Of a stretch of DNA of 64,000 nucleotides, positions 51,478 to 64,000 are shown one piece after another (the stretch's first letter is position 1; each line of letters starts with the position of its first letter). Location of the stretch: positions 62,001 through 126,000 of the forward strand of contig CAJFCJ010000003.1 in the NCBI GenBank assembly GCA_904063045.1, written 5' to 3'. The notes below the pieces were generated by a model, which was given only the letters and a program-made list of their open reading frames with translations, made no database searches and had not been told where the DNA came from. This DNA is from Dimorphilus gyrociliatus. Lineage: Eukaryota > Animalia > Annelida. The translations under genes were made by a program, and so were the position numbers.

Positions 51478-52857
51478 TTAAATTTTTGTTTCTTGATTCC
51501 CTCCGCCTTCGGCGGATGAGGATAATTCTTCCCTGTTTAGCTTCTGAATGTTTGAATGTCGTCTACAAAAATCTTCGTAATTCTCAACATCTTCTATGGT
51601 GTCTGGTAACGGTTTGTTCTTTGTTTCCGGTAAAGGTAAAGCTAGCAAAGAGCATATAATTGATAGGACTCCGTAGACAAATAGCGGTAGATCGGGACCT
51701 ATCAGCTTTCCGGCATTCAATTTCGACATATAGCCTATAAAAGGGTACAATATGCCTCCTATCCTGCCAGACGAAGAAGCTAAGCCAGCGCCTGTATTCC
51801 GGCAAACTGTCGGATAAATTTCTGGTCCATAAACGTAGATTACGGTAAAAGACCCATTAAAACAGAATCTAACAACGACGGCCAAAGCAACAGGAATATA
51901 GGCAACAGTCCCTGTTCAAAAGTTGAAATGAGAGAAAAGAAAGGAAAATGAAATGGTTGATTATGATTATGAGATTAATTGTATAATGTATACATGTGTA
52001 ATTTATTTACCTGATTTTTTGGGTATAAAAGGTATTATAATGCACATTATACCGCCAACTATTTGCATCAGACAAAGGGGCCATCTTCGTCCAACTCTAT
52101 AAAACGGTAAGAAGAAAAGATTGAATGATGTAGTTAGAATGTTTCTTTTCCTAATAGGTCATCTTGGTTTTTATTATCGGCAAACTTTTAGTAACAGAAA
52201 GGAGAAGAACACTAAATAAAAGTCTGGTAATAATCTTTTAAGCTCTGACTCTATTTTTTGAGAGAAAACAAAAATAAGAGGTTAGCACCTTTTCAGCTTT
52301 ACTCTAAATTTTCCCTTAATTAAAAAGGTTAGAAAGGGAAAGAGAGAGAGAGAGAAGCAGAATAATAATAAGAAGAGCATTACGTAAAAGTTTCACGTTA
52401 GCTATTTAGTTCTCCTATTAGCCTCACCAACATTTTTTTAAACAGGAATGAAGATCGATAGAGCGCTTAAAGAAAGGATCAACACAAAGGATATTTGCCT
52501 TTAAAAATTATTAGGCAATAATTAATGTTCAAGGTTAAAATTCTATGATTTTTCTATCTATTACATTAGCTAAAAACTAGACAAACAAGAAGAGAGAAAG
52601 AGTTAGAAATGATACAATATTAGAAAAAGAAGGAAAAAATTAAAGCAGAATTTTGTAAAGAGTTGAGACGTTTCTCTTCTTTTTGTTACTCCTTCTTATT
52701 TCATCATTCTTAAGAAATCATTGTCAACATATTTCAAAGGAAGTTAAAACATGGTCGTAAAGTTCCATTAAATAATCGTAAATACAGTATGTACAGTATA
52801 TATACTAAATATATTAGTATATATATATATATGTACTGTATATATATACACTGTATA

Positions 52858-52888
<31 letters not shown>

Positions 52889-55800
52889 TACTTAGTATTA
52901 GAGAATTACTGTACAATGAAAAAGCCAGGAAGCTCATTAAAAAAAAAAAAGTACAAAGTTGTTTGGTGTAGCTATTCATACTAAAAGAGAGAGAGAGAGA
53001 GAGAGACAGATAGACAGACAGACAGATAAACAGAGTCCTAGGTTAAATATTGATTTAGATTGTTACTTGTTCTTCTTTTTGATAAATAAACACAAAGAGC
53101 TAATAATAAAAATAGATGGGCGACTATGTTTAATAAAAGAAAGAAATAAGAAACAAACTTGTATAAGAGAAATAGAGTTACGGCTACTGATGGAATTTCA
53201 ACCAAACCTCCAAGAGCAAAATTGATGTATAGATCTCCGTATAAATTAGGAAAATGAAAACAAACTCCGTAATAAACCATTGTATTGACAAGCCAAATTC
53301 CGTTGACGCAAAATGTTATTTTTCTTAGGTTTTTCGTTCTAAATAGATCAATTATCGTGTATGTTTTTCTTTCTTTTGTTGATTTTTTATTCTCGTCTTC
53401 TTTTCCATTCATAAGTGGTTGTTTATCGGAATCCGACAAACAATCGGCAGGTAACGGTCGTCTATTTATTTTAGCAGCCTTTTCTAGAATTTTCTCCGCT
53501 TCTTTGACTTTACCTTGAGAAACGAGCCACACAACGGATTCGGGTAGAAACCTAGTTGAATAAAACTTAATAAAGATCGTCTGTCATTTTTGTAAGAATA
53601 ACGTGGAAACTCTGACGTAAAAATAGCTTGAGAAAAGACAAAAAAATATGGAAAAGAGAAGCAAAAACTTTACACCTGACCATGATTAGCATCTGATTAC
53701 AGAAAAACTCATCTAAAATGTCTAAACATAGCAACGGAGTTTCGTTTAAAACAAATTAACTTTTAAACCATTTAAACTTTCCTGCGGAAATTTTAATTTC
53801 TTTTCTCCCCATTCGTCGGTATTTGCAGTGTCAAACCACAAAATGCTACAGATCTCTGCTAGCAGCGCAAATGAGACAGAGAATGAGAGAGAGAGAGAGA
53901 AACGAAGAAATAAAGAGCGAAAGACAGAGAGAGAAAAAAAAGAGCGAGGAAAGGGTATGTAGTGACAAAGAGAGATTTAGCGTATGTATATACTAACCAC
54001 CAAAGGCATATACCAAGGACTGCTGGCAAACTTATACATGTTTGTAAACTTTTCCAGTCTCTCAAAAAGTACGCAAAAAGTGGTACCATGCACCCGCCCA
54101 CCGCCCAAAAGAATTCGTGCGCTACTCCGAAAATTGTTCTCTGCTTTGGGGGGAATAGTTCTGTAGCCATAATGAAACCAGTGATATTAACACCCTGCTC
54201 CAACATTCCAACAAAGAATCTAAGAAATGTAAAAACGTAGAAATTGGGAGATAATGCTGTCAATGATCCAACAATGCCTTGCGTAACAAGAGCAAAAATG
54301 AAACTTTTCTTTCTCCCAAATTTATCGGATAAAAATCCAAATGCTACTGCTCCAATCATAACACCAACATTAAAGAAAGTATTAGATATTTCTGGCAAGT
54401 AATTCCTCCCGCAAACCAAATTCCACTGAAATGGAGAAAAAAAACATAGTTGAATGAATGAATGAACCAACGACAAGATGGATGGATAGGTGGATGGGTG
54501 GAGAGAAGAATGAATGAAAACGTAATTAGTCTTAATTACAAATTATTAAAGTTATTAAAACTATTGAAATGTATTTTGATAGCTTTGTAATACTCTTCAA
54601 TATTCGTTTAATGTACGCATTATAATCAGCCTGGAAGCCCCTAAAGATGTAAATGTTTGCCGTGAAGGTCTGGAGTAATTTGAAACTTAGAATACCCTTG
54701 AATAGGCCTAGTATAGCAATAATTGCAAATTACTTTTCTTTCAGAACATTGAAATGGAGATGGAAAAGACAAAAAAGAAAATAGGAGAGAGAGAGAGAGA
54801 GAGAGACGGTGAGAGTGAGAGAAGAGAGAAAAAAGCGAGGAGCAGAGACAGACAGACGGACAGACAGTAAGAAGAGAGAAATGAGAAGCCTAAAGAGAAC
54901 TTTTAAACAAGTGTTTAAATATCTATAGGAAATATTGCAACGTTAGCAGACACATGCACACGTATATACACTTATATTAGTATATGCTGTAATTAGAGCG
55001 CACTCTTCGAGCATGTTTTCAACAACATTTTATGATAGGAAATGAAGAATAAAGTAAAACTGTTCAATTTTATGTATCTCTATAAGGATCATTTTCTTCA
55101 TTTACATAATATATACAACAATCGAAAAATTTAAAATTCAATTGCAACAAAGGAGAACTTCAATTTTTGAATTCTAGGTTAGAAAACAAGTTGAAATGAT
55201 TAATATGCGCATTATATATTTATACAATCCTTCTTTAACTCTCTAAGAACCATTCACTCAATCAATCATATATCAAGCATACTGTAACTGCTTATAGTCC
55301 CTCCTCCTTCTCCTCCTCCTCTCTTCTTTCGTATCGTTTTACCCTTTTCTTACTAGCTACAAAAACTTGCCTCGCATCTTCTCTTCGGTATAGGATATTA
55401 AAAAGAAATGTCAATAAAATAACCATCTCCTAAAACTCGAAAAGTCTTTCTAATAGAAAGAATAGAATATAAGGTGTTTGTTAAGTTGTTTTACAATAGA
55501 CTTTTGAATGCTTGTAAGCAGATAACTGGACGAAAATTTAGAGATTCTTGTGAATAAATCTTAAAAATATTCAATGCGCATTTGCTTTGCTAATCCTTAG
55601 GCGTAAAGGAGAGAGGAAAGGAAGGTTAGGTGGATGGATTGATTGAACGGTTGGATGGATGGATGGATGGATGGATGGATAATTGGCTGGTTGATTGGTT
55701 TGTTGGTCGATCGGTTGATCAGTTGATTGGTAGATCGGTAGGTATATAAGTAGGTAGATAGTTCGATGGATAGATAGGTAGGTAGGTAGGTAGTTAGAAA

Positions 55801-58690
55801 AGTAGGTTGATTAGTTGGTTGGTTGGTTGGTTGGTTGGTTAGTTGGTTGGTTGGTTTGTTGGATAGATGGATATATGAATAGAAGGAAAGACAGACAATT
55901 AAATGAGGTAGAGAGAAAGGGAGATGGGTAGATGAATTTGTGAACAAAAGATAGATGGACGGAGAGGCAAGTGATGGGTGGAAAAGTGAGCGGGCGGTTG
56001 GTGATTGGATGAATAAATGAATAGATTAATTAATTAATAAATGCTTAGATAAGAAATTATATAGATTAAATAATAGATAGGCAACTAGTCAGAGACTAAC
56101 ATTGAAAACAATAGATAAAGTTTGGGAGGCAATTTTTGTTAAAAGAAACTTTTGTTTACGGTGAAAAGTATATGTTTCTCTAAACATTTTGTAGAAAAAC
56201 GAACGAAAAAGTGGATGGGAGTATAAAGTGTAGGGACTGCCGTATATAAAATATTCCAACTGTTGATTTTATTTAGTCTGAATACAGACTTGCCACTGCT
56301 GATACGAGAAAAACAAAATAAAACACATACAAACATAACAAAAGCTGTTAAGTGTATACCGGTCCAACTTTTTATTGTATATGCTCTTTTTTAAAGGTGG
56401 AAAAGCAAACTCTTTATTCTGAGTGTTTGTAAAAGATTTTGTACACGGACACATTCGCACTTTTATCTCTTGTCATCTTTCCTCACCATTGACTTGTTCA
56501 TTTGCGCAATCTCTCTCTCTCTCTCTCTCTCTCTTGTTCTTTGACCAAAAACAGTACAGAACAATATTTTTCTACCGCGGTCTCTCGGTACCTATAACCC
56601 CCTTTGCTGTGAGGTTCACCTAACCCCAGCAAGTGTATAGTTTTCCTAAAAATTTTTCAATAAATAGAGTATTTTATTTCTTTTGTAAAAGCAAAAAAGA
56701 GAGGCCTCGAATATTATTATACAACCTTATCGGAGAGAATGTCCTACATAGTTATTTTTTTAAAAGAAAGAATTAAGACTAGCGCAGTTGTCTTTTCCTT
56801 TTTCTCTTTTATGTTGAAATAACATTTGAAAAGTCTTACCTCTGAAACGATTGATTGTTTAATGGGCGATCGTTCGTATTCCCATCCATTAGGGCAGGTA
56901 ATGGTTTGATTACTGTCAAAGGTTCCATTTCCCAAATATTTGCTCATTGAACACTTATCAGAATTTGATAAGTTTTGCGCTACTCCATCTGGAATCTGTT
57001 TTTTATGGAAACATGATTTAAATGAATCGAGAATATTTTCAATATATTATAATAATAATATTAATATTTTTATTAAAAATGGGAAAAAAGAGAGGATACT
57101 AAATAATAACAATAATAATAAAAGGGGTTTTTGGATTGTTGCCGGCAAGATTTTCTCTCTTTTTTTTTGTTGAAAAGGGAAATTGAGCGTAAGATTTTTT
57201 CAGTTGGTTTCATTTCTATTTTCAAAAGAATTTTCTATTTAAAGGGAATAATATAGTGTATATATCTATACTGTACTGTATATACTGTACAGAGGACACT
57301 GTCTGAATCCCGCCTGTATACTATATACTGTCTATTTACATATATATCTATATATTTCTTTCTCCACGCTAAGAGGGAAATCTTTCGTAGTAAGTTGAAT
57401 AAAAGAAATGAATATGAATAATAAAAGGCTGGAATATAATGAAGAGTTGATAATTGAAAAGAGCTACTTAGATGAAAATTCTCCATACTCATTCTTTAGC
57501 AACTTATACCTCACCTGGGTTCCTAATTAGAAAAATAATAAACAGAAAACAGAAAAGAATTTATCACAATGTGGGACGTTAATTCTCTTCTTCTTCATCA
57601 TCATCTTCTTCTTCTTCTTCTCCTCCTTTTCCTACTAATGCTACTTTCGCTCTTTCTCTATTCTATTCTATTCTTTATTATTTTATAACAGGCGACATTT
57701 TTTTTTACTTAAAGACTCTTGTTGTTTTGTAATAGAATAAATTAAGATAATATTTGGAAAAAAAAGGAAAAACGACGTATTTTAAATATCAACTAATGAA
57801 TATATTCCTACTAATTAAAGGTGAAAAACTGCTGCAGGTGAGAAATATAAGATGCTGGTAGAAAATTAGCTAAATAATATGCCAATCTTCACGTCTCCTT
57901 CCTTTTGGCGTATTTCTAATTTAACTAATTTTCAATGTATTTCTCTTATATTGCTGTCTATACTCTCTTTGCAAACAACATAAAGAGCATCTTTAGTTTA
58001 TACACTTGAAGGGAAAAAAAGAAGAGGAAATAATTTAACAACTAACGCAAAACGTAGGTAATAAAAAGAAAGCATTTCTCCTTAACAGACACAATACAAA
58101 AGAGACGAAGAAAGCAAAATAGCAAACAGACTGATTTTCTTTACTGTGTAAGAAGATGAAGGAATGGATGGGACAGAGAGATGAACCAATACGAGGGAGG
58201 GCGGGTGGGGAAGTGGAGGATAGATGAACGGGTGGATTTGCGGATGGATTGATGGATGGATGGACGGACGGATGAATGAATGAATGGGTGGGTAAATGGA
58301 TGGACGGACGGACGGATAGATGGATGCATAGACGGATGGATGGATGGATGGATGGATGGATGGGTAGATGTACGGATGGATGGATGGATGGATCGATGGA
58401 TCGATGGATATACATATACATATATATATATATATATATATGTATAAATTTATATCTAGATATGAATATCTAGACAAATGAATGAATGAATGGCTGAACT
58501 TGAGCACAACTTTAAAGAAATATTTATATGGACAAACCTTGCATTTATGTTGCAATTCATAAGCCAAAAAAGGATAAGAAGTCATATGCCATATGGACGG
58601 CAGATTATCAAATAGTGAAATCCACATGAAAATCCACATTTGATATCGACCATAGGCGCCGAGAGAAACGAGAGCATCGTCCAGATTCAT
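51478..58690 (-). CDS. SLC22-family organic ion transporter (MFS), 549 aa
   Basis: Six exons: 58690-58538, 56995-56840, 54425-53998, 53551-53159, 52096-52011, 51911-51478, phases consistent. Motifs GAYGRYQ, SIVSEWNLVC, SDKFGRK, ELFPP-x2-R, LPES-x2-WL, EIYPT-x2-R, LPETK-x2-PLPDTI. TM11 has Arg (SSGRIGG), as in OAT/OCTN-type rather than OCT-type members. Confidence 0.93.
55625..55880. repeat. Compound GGAT/GGTT/AGGT tetranucleotide microsatellite in SLC22 intron 2
   Basis: Successive tetranucleotide arrays. Confidence 0.85.
58215..58445. repeat. GGAT/GGAC + (TA)n microsatellite in SLC22 intron 1
   Basis: Tandem arrays. Cause of the HPSI and MDGW spurious ORFs. Confidence 0.85.
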
Positions 58691-61399
58691 TTCTAAACTC
58701 CTTTTGGCGTCGATCACCTTGCGTAAAGCGCCACTGCGCGTCAGGATTGTTAGATACAATTAAAGTTTTTTCCGTTCGCTATCTTATGACAAAGGTTTGT
58801 TTTTACAAAGTTTGTTATTTGTTGGATAAAATCGAAAAAGATAGAGTGTCAGTCAATTTAAACTTTATTTAAATATCGTTCACTTTTCGATTACTAATTG
58901 AATAGTAGGACATTTTAAATAAATAACAATTTGCCTTTATCACAAAATCTACAAAATTAATACTCTTCCTAACGAAAATATTGCTATTTGATATTTAGCC
59001 AACAGAGTTTTCTCTTATCTTTGTCTTCTTCCGTTTCTTCCTCCTGCTCGTCCTGTTCAGTCTCCTATTCCTTCAACCATAATATTACATTATTTTTCGT
59101 GTGCTTTCGCTATTTTGCACCTTTTTCTCATCTGCTTACTTTTCTCTTTGTTCCTTCCTTCTTTCCTTTTCAATTCTATGCGTTCTCTCTCTCCGACATC
59201 TCAGGAAAGAACAAACATCTTTTTTCCTAATTTTGCTCCAAGAGAACAGGAAATTAAAAAGGTCTAGTAAATATTATTAGATTTTCTCCCATATTTTCCT
59301 TTGTACTTTTTTTTTCTATCTCCTTTTCTCTCCTTGTTCGTTCTTCTTATCTTCCTAACAAAATCAACAGTTTCGCGGTGCTGACATCTACTGTTTGGAT
59401 AGAAAAACAAGTGAGACGATATTATCTGCTTTGACTGAGAAAATGATAGTTGTACGTAAGAAGGGGAAGAGGCGGAAAAGGAGTAGTTTTCAAGAGTGAT
59501 TATCTATGTTTAAAAAGAAATATACTGTATATCTTATAGAATAGTATAGATAAAAAATGAAAATGAAAATATTAGCCAATCCGCAACTATAAAAGTTTTA
59601 ATACAACTTCAACAATCGTTGAAATAAATACGTTTGAATATTTAATAAAAACACTAAAAGAATTTTATTATCAGCGGCGTCACTATCGGTGTCGGTGACG
59701 TCTACATTTGCGTAGTAAAAAATTAACTATTCTCTACCGACTGCCGTATCAGCTTGAACAAATTTATTAATTAAACCAAACTAATGATCCGTAACCATAA
59801 AGATTTATGTTCTCTTTGAGAAATCATAATACGAATAATATTGGTTACAATAATCCACTAGTGATAATCCTTTAGTATATTCTTTGTTACAATTACGTCT
59901 ATTACCTATATTGTGGAGGTAGATTTTTTGAGTGAGAGCTCTAACAGGCAAAGTATAAAGAAAAGGGAGCAAACCGTGGATTAAACTAAAAGAGAGAGAG
60001 AGAGAGAGAGAGAGAATAAGGTTAAATCGTTATAGATTTATGAACAATAGCAACAACAACTCTTAAGTAAAGATTATTGTTTAGAGTAATTAAAATGAAT
60101 TTAATATAAAAGATTAAGCAATAAATAGTTGATTTGGCAAGTTACAAGTCAAAGTTGGAAATGTCAGTTTTGATATTTATTAATATTCTATATGGTAAAG
60201 TCATGGATTAATCAAATGTGTGTGTGAAATGTCACATTGTTAAAAAAGGGAAAAAAGGAATTATTAATTAGTTTTATTGTGGGGCGTGAAAAGGATAGAG
60301 ACCGAGTGAAGTTGTTGCAATGACATAGAGAAAGAAAAGGGGCCAGACGATACCGTATTTTAGCAACAACAACTTATTTTAATGCTAATATCTTTTTCTT
60401 AAGTGCCAATTGGCTTCTCTCTCTCTCTCTCTGGTCTTAAATAGCAGGAGAAAAAGTGGAAAGAGAGAGACAGAGAAAATTGTTGAGAAATAAAAACAGT
60501 CTAATATTTACTTTGCTAGTTTCCTTTATTACATTTCAATCTATAAGACAGACGGGTTGAGTAAAGAGCCGTAGACAGACAGACAGACAGACACTTTGTA
60601 AAACCGATTATAATTTCTTTACTTGAAAATTTTTGCATCAATGAGATTGAATTGAAATACCATGTTCAAAAATATTATATTCAAATATATATAAACATAC
60701 AGCTTATATTCTTTACTTTGACATACTTTTTCCTATAAAAACAAGCGTGTTTTTATTTTTTTACAATGATTTGATTACATTCAATGAATTTTAATTGTCA
60801 ATGCTGCCATCTATTATGCATTATTTAACTCTCTTTTCTTTTTACAAGCCAAAGTTTAATAAATGATTTAGAGTTTGCGATCGTAGAGAAAAGGTATAAT
60901 TCATATAAATTACATTTCAAGTGTCGAGTACCTATACGTTAATCTTGGATTTTATGATGCTTTTGGATGGAAAAAATAAACATTTTTATTGAAATTATCA
61001 TCGAAAAAAAAAATATTACTGTTTGTTGGTTGGCTAGCTAGTTAGTTGGTTCGGTTAGTTGATTGGTCAGTTTGCTGGTTAGTCGGTTTGCTTATTGATT
61101 GAACGAAAAAAGTATAAGGAGATCAATAAACAAAACATAATATATATATGTTAAATCATTCTTCCTTTATTTCTTTCTTTATTTCATTCTGTCGTTCTTT
61201 CACGATTAGACTTGAAAATTTTAGGTTAGTTTAATCTTCCTTCCTAAATCCCCTTATTCATCAATCAATCATTTCAATACTAAAAAGTCAAATGACTAGG
61301 CCTACTAATCGATGCGATCGATTATTATTGGCAATGATCTCTTATTCCTCTCTGCGGCGTGCGGTTAATACAAACTGTTAAAATTTGGCGAGTAAACAA

Positions 61400-61443
<44 letters not shown>

Positions 61444-61673
61444 ACGAACTCTGTGCAGATTTTTCGTGGGAGGAATAAAATAAAAAAAAAAAACACACTG
61501 CATGGACATATGATTAACGGATACGCGTTTAAACACGTTCCGAAAAGAGAAAATATTCATTTTCACCTGAATCGATCGAGCAGGTAAACGGCTATTACTC
61601 TGTACATGTTTTTCTTATGTTGTTTAATTACTAACGTTCAAGACAAACTCTCCGGTTGGCGGCGTTTAAGCCG

Positions 61674-61683
61674 GTCACGTGAT
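61674..61683. promoter_or_regulatory. Palindromic E-box (TCACGTGA) in a GC-richer patch between divergent genes
   Basis: gtcacgtgat, about 190 bp upstream of the coiled-coil CDS, within a locally GC-rich stretch. Function not demonstrated. Confidence 0.25.
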
Positions 61684-61867
61684 TACAAACAATGAAATCT
61701 CCATCACTCTTTGTGCGGGGCATATTTCGTACTGTACGCTTTTAACTGGAATATTGTGTTTACAGATAAGATTATTTGACACTTAAGATAAGAGCAATGG
61801 ATCGAATCGGCTTGTTATAAAAAAAAAATCGACCTATCGATTGGCACAGGAGCGTGAAGATTTAGTT

Positions 61868-62912
61868 ATGTGCAGCCAATTGAAACATTCGCCCGATTAC
61901 GAGGCTTTAATTAAGAGACAACTGGAAAGGGAAAATGTCGACGAACTTTCCGACCGACCAAAGAGTATTTTAAAGAAGGAAGAAAAAAATTACGAGGTTC
62001 GTTCTGTGTTTTCATTTATCGTATCTTCTTTCACGTTTTCGTATTTTCGCTCATTAGAGTAGCGAGATTGTTTTTTAATACTTTGTCTTTTATTTAACCT
62101 GTTTTTAACAAATCCCTCTTAATAATCCAAACCTCTAACTCGCTCTGTTTCCGACCATGCCAGCTTAAACAAGATTTAGAAGACAGGATATCCTCTTTAC
62201 GCAACGTACTGTCGCAAAGGGACAGAGAAGTTCACGAGTTACGCAAACAATGTTCCAAGCTCGAGGCGGAAATTGGTACTTTGAAAAAGGAGGCTGACCC
62301 CGGTTCTATAGCTGCTTTTAAGAAGGTTATTGCAGATAAAGAGAGGCAAATTGAAGATTTAAAACGTACAAAAGACGAAGATAGAAATGAAAAGAATTGC
62401 GATACAAGTGAAAAAAGATTTAATGAAATTTTATTAGAAAAAGAAAATCTAGCTACAGAAGTATATAGGCTTAAAAAAGAATTAAAAGAAGGATCTATAA
62501 ACTCATACCAAGAAGATAGATTAAGTAAGTATAAACAATGCAGTGTTAATATAATGGGGCATATCAATGGCAGTGTGTGCATATATACAGTTCATATACT
62601 CGTATATATGTATGTAAGTGTATACTGTATAGGCATAAATGTCTAATTATAAATACTGTATAAATGTATATATAAGCAAACTATAGATTTGTACATAGGT
62701 GTACATAAGAAAAAGAGAGTTAAAAAGAGTAAAAATACTGTATATATACAGAATATCTAGCGATATAAACATAGCAAGAATACCTATTTACTAGGTCATC
62801 ATTTTTTTTAAATAATTGACATAACACGTCTAAATAATAAAAAATAAAATAGATAAAATTATCTCTTAAACTGTGCGTGTGTGGTTTCTTCAAATGTATA
62901 AATATTTCATGC

Positions 62913-62957
<45 letters not shown>

Positions 62958-63219
62958 CTATCCTCCGCAAAATGCACCTGCCCGTATATATAAAAATGAA
63001 TAAACGACTGAATGAGTGAGCGAGAGAAAAACTTTAGCCAAATCGACATTTCATTACTTATTTGCATAAAGTATTTAATTATTATAGACCTATTTTTCTT
63101 TAATTTTATTTCCTATTCATAATTTCTTTATGATCTATTATTAGCAAATTTACGTTAGAAAGATCTAGTAATAAAAGAAATGGTGTTGAATTCTCTCTTA
63201 AGCAAATAATAAAAAAAAG

Positions 63220-63260
<41 letters not shown>

Positions 63261-63714
63261 AAGAAAGAAAGAAAAAAGATTATAGAGAATTTTAATTAAA
63301 TAAATTTTACACATGATGCTATATTGCTTTTTCTTATAGAAGAATCGGAAAATGACTTGGAAATTGCTCAGAATACGATTATTGCGGCGAGAAATGAGAT
63401 CAAAGAACTACAAGATAAATTATATTCGGTTAATGATTGTTTAAAAACGTTAGAAAATGAAAAAGATGATTTACGAAAAAAGAATAATTTATTAAAAGAA
63501 GAAGTCGATAGTATTCGATCGGAAAACGATGCTTTCCAGAGAAAAACTCCAATAATCGCTCACGATGTTAATGTAACTTCGTGCATTAAGGAAATTGATG
63601 ATTTAAGAACAGCTTTAAAGAATTTAAGGGCAAAAAATCACGAATTAGTAGAAGATAATATTCAATTATGTAATACGATAAAAGATATGCAAAGGTGTAG
63701 ATTTCTATCTTCAG
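61868..63714 (+). CDS. Long coiled-coil protein, 5' part; continues beyond the window
   Basis: Phase-consistent exons ~61868-61996, 62164-62524, 63340-63714, ending in a GTAAGT donor. E/K/L-rich heptad sequence. Start codon uncertain and family not recognised. Confidence 0.7.
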
Positions 63715-64000
63715 GTAAGTTGTCAATATATAGCCGGATTTCATTTATTTCTCTCTCTCTCTGTCTCTCTCTTCTTTTGTTCGCTTTCTCATTCTCTTAT
63801 TATATTCAATTCTTGAACATATTGTGTATAAATAGTGCTATAATCTTCTTAAAACAACAAACTAGAACAAAGAAAATGATTGAAGCTTCTGTTTTCTGTT
63901 AACATTTCTCTCTTTCTCTCTTTCTTTCTTTCGTTCTTTCCATCCATCCTTCCTTTTCGTGTTAACTCCTTTCGCATTGCTAATTTTTAATTTTTAACAC

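Noticed and set aside
5629-63902. Many 60-130 aa ORFs rich in SLSL, ERER, HPSI, YIYI or MDGW
   Set aside because: They are translations of AG, GGAT and TA microsatellites or antisense overlaps of real exons.
1-64000. CRISPR arrays, tRNA/rRNA genes, transposase or reverse-transcriptase ORFs
   Set aside because: No repeat-spacer structure, RNA-gene signature or mobile-element protein motif was seen by eye; small MITEs cannot be excluded without computation.

Overview
AT-rich, intron-containing animal DNA with many microsatellites. The FDSIG-type neuropeptide suggests a lophotrochozoan, possibly an annelid (inference). Gene models were built by hand from GT..AG junctions. In order: the 3' end of an ITIH-C-terminal-like GDPH protein, a secreted LamG-like protein, a RING/B-box/coiled-coil TRIM-like gene, alpha-hydroxy-acid oxidase (HAO) copy 1, an intronless bacterial-type MurA homologue, two tandem 9-exon ABCC4-like exporters plus a decayed relic of a third, an FDSIG (pedal peptide/orcokinin family) neuropeptide precursor, HAO copies 2 and 3, a 6-exon SLC22 transporter, and the 5' part of a coiled-coil gene. 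The standout is the MurA homologue (9153-10391). It is a full-length intact ORF inside host-type DNA, a strong horizontal-transfer candidate, but it has lost several canonical catalytic residues (C115G, D305N, N23S, R91W, R371I in E. coli numbering, by manual alignment), suggesting a repurposed enzyme or pseudoenzyme. Its neighbours include three HAO paralogues that share a remodelled active site (catalytic Tyr to Ser) and lack a peroxisomal PTS1. No rRNA, tRNA, CRISPR array or recognisable transposon was seen. All residue comparisons were made by eye against recalled reference sequences, with no database search.
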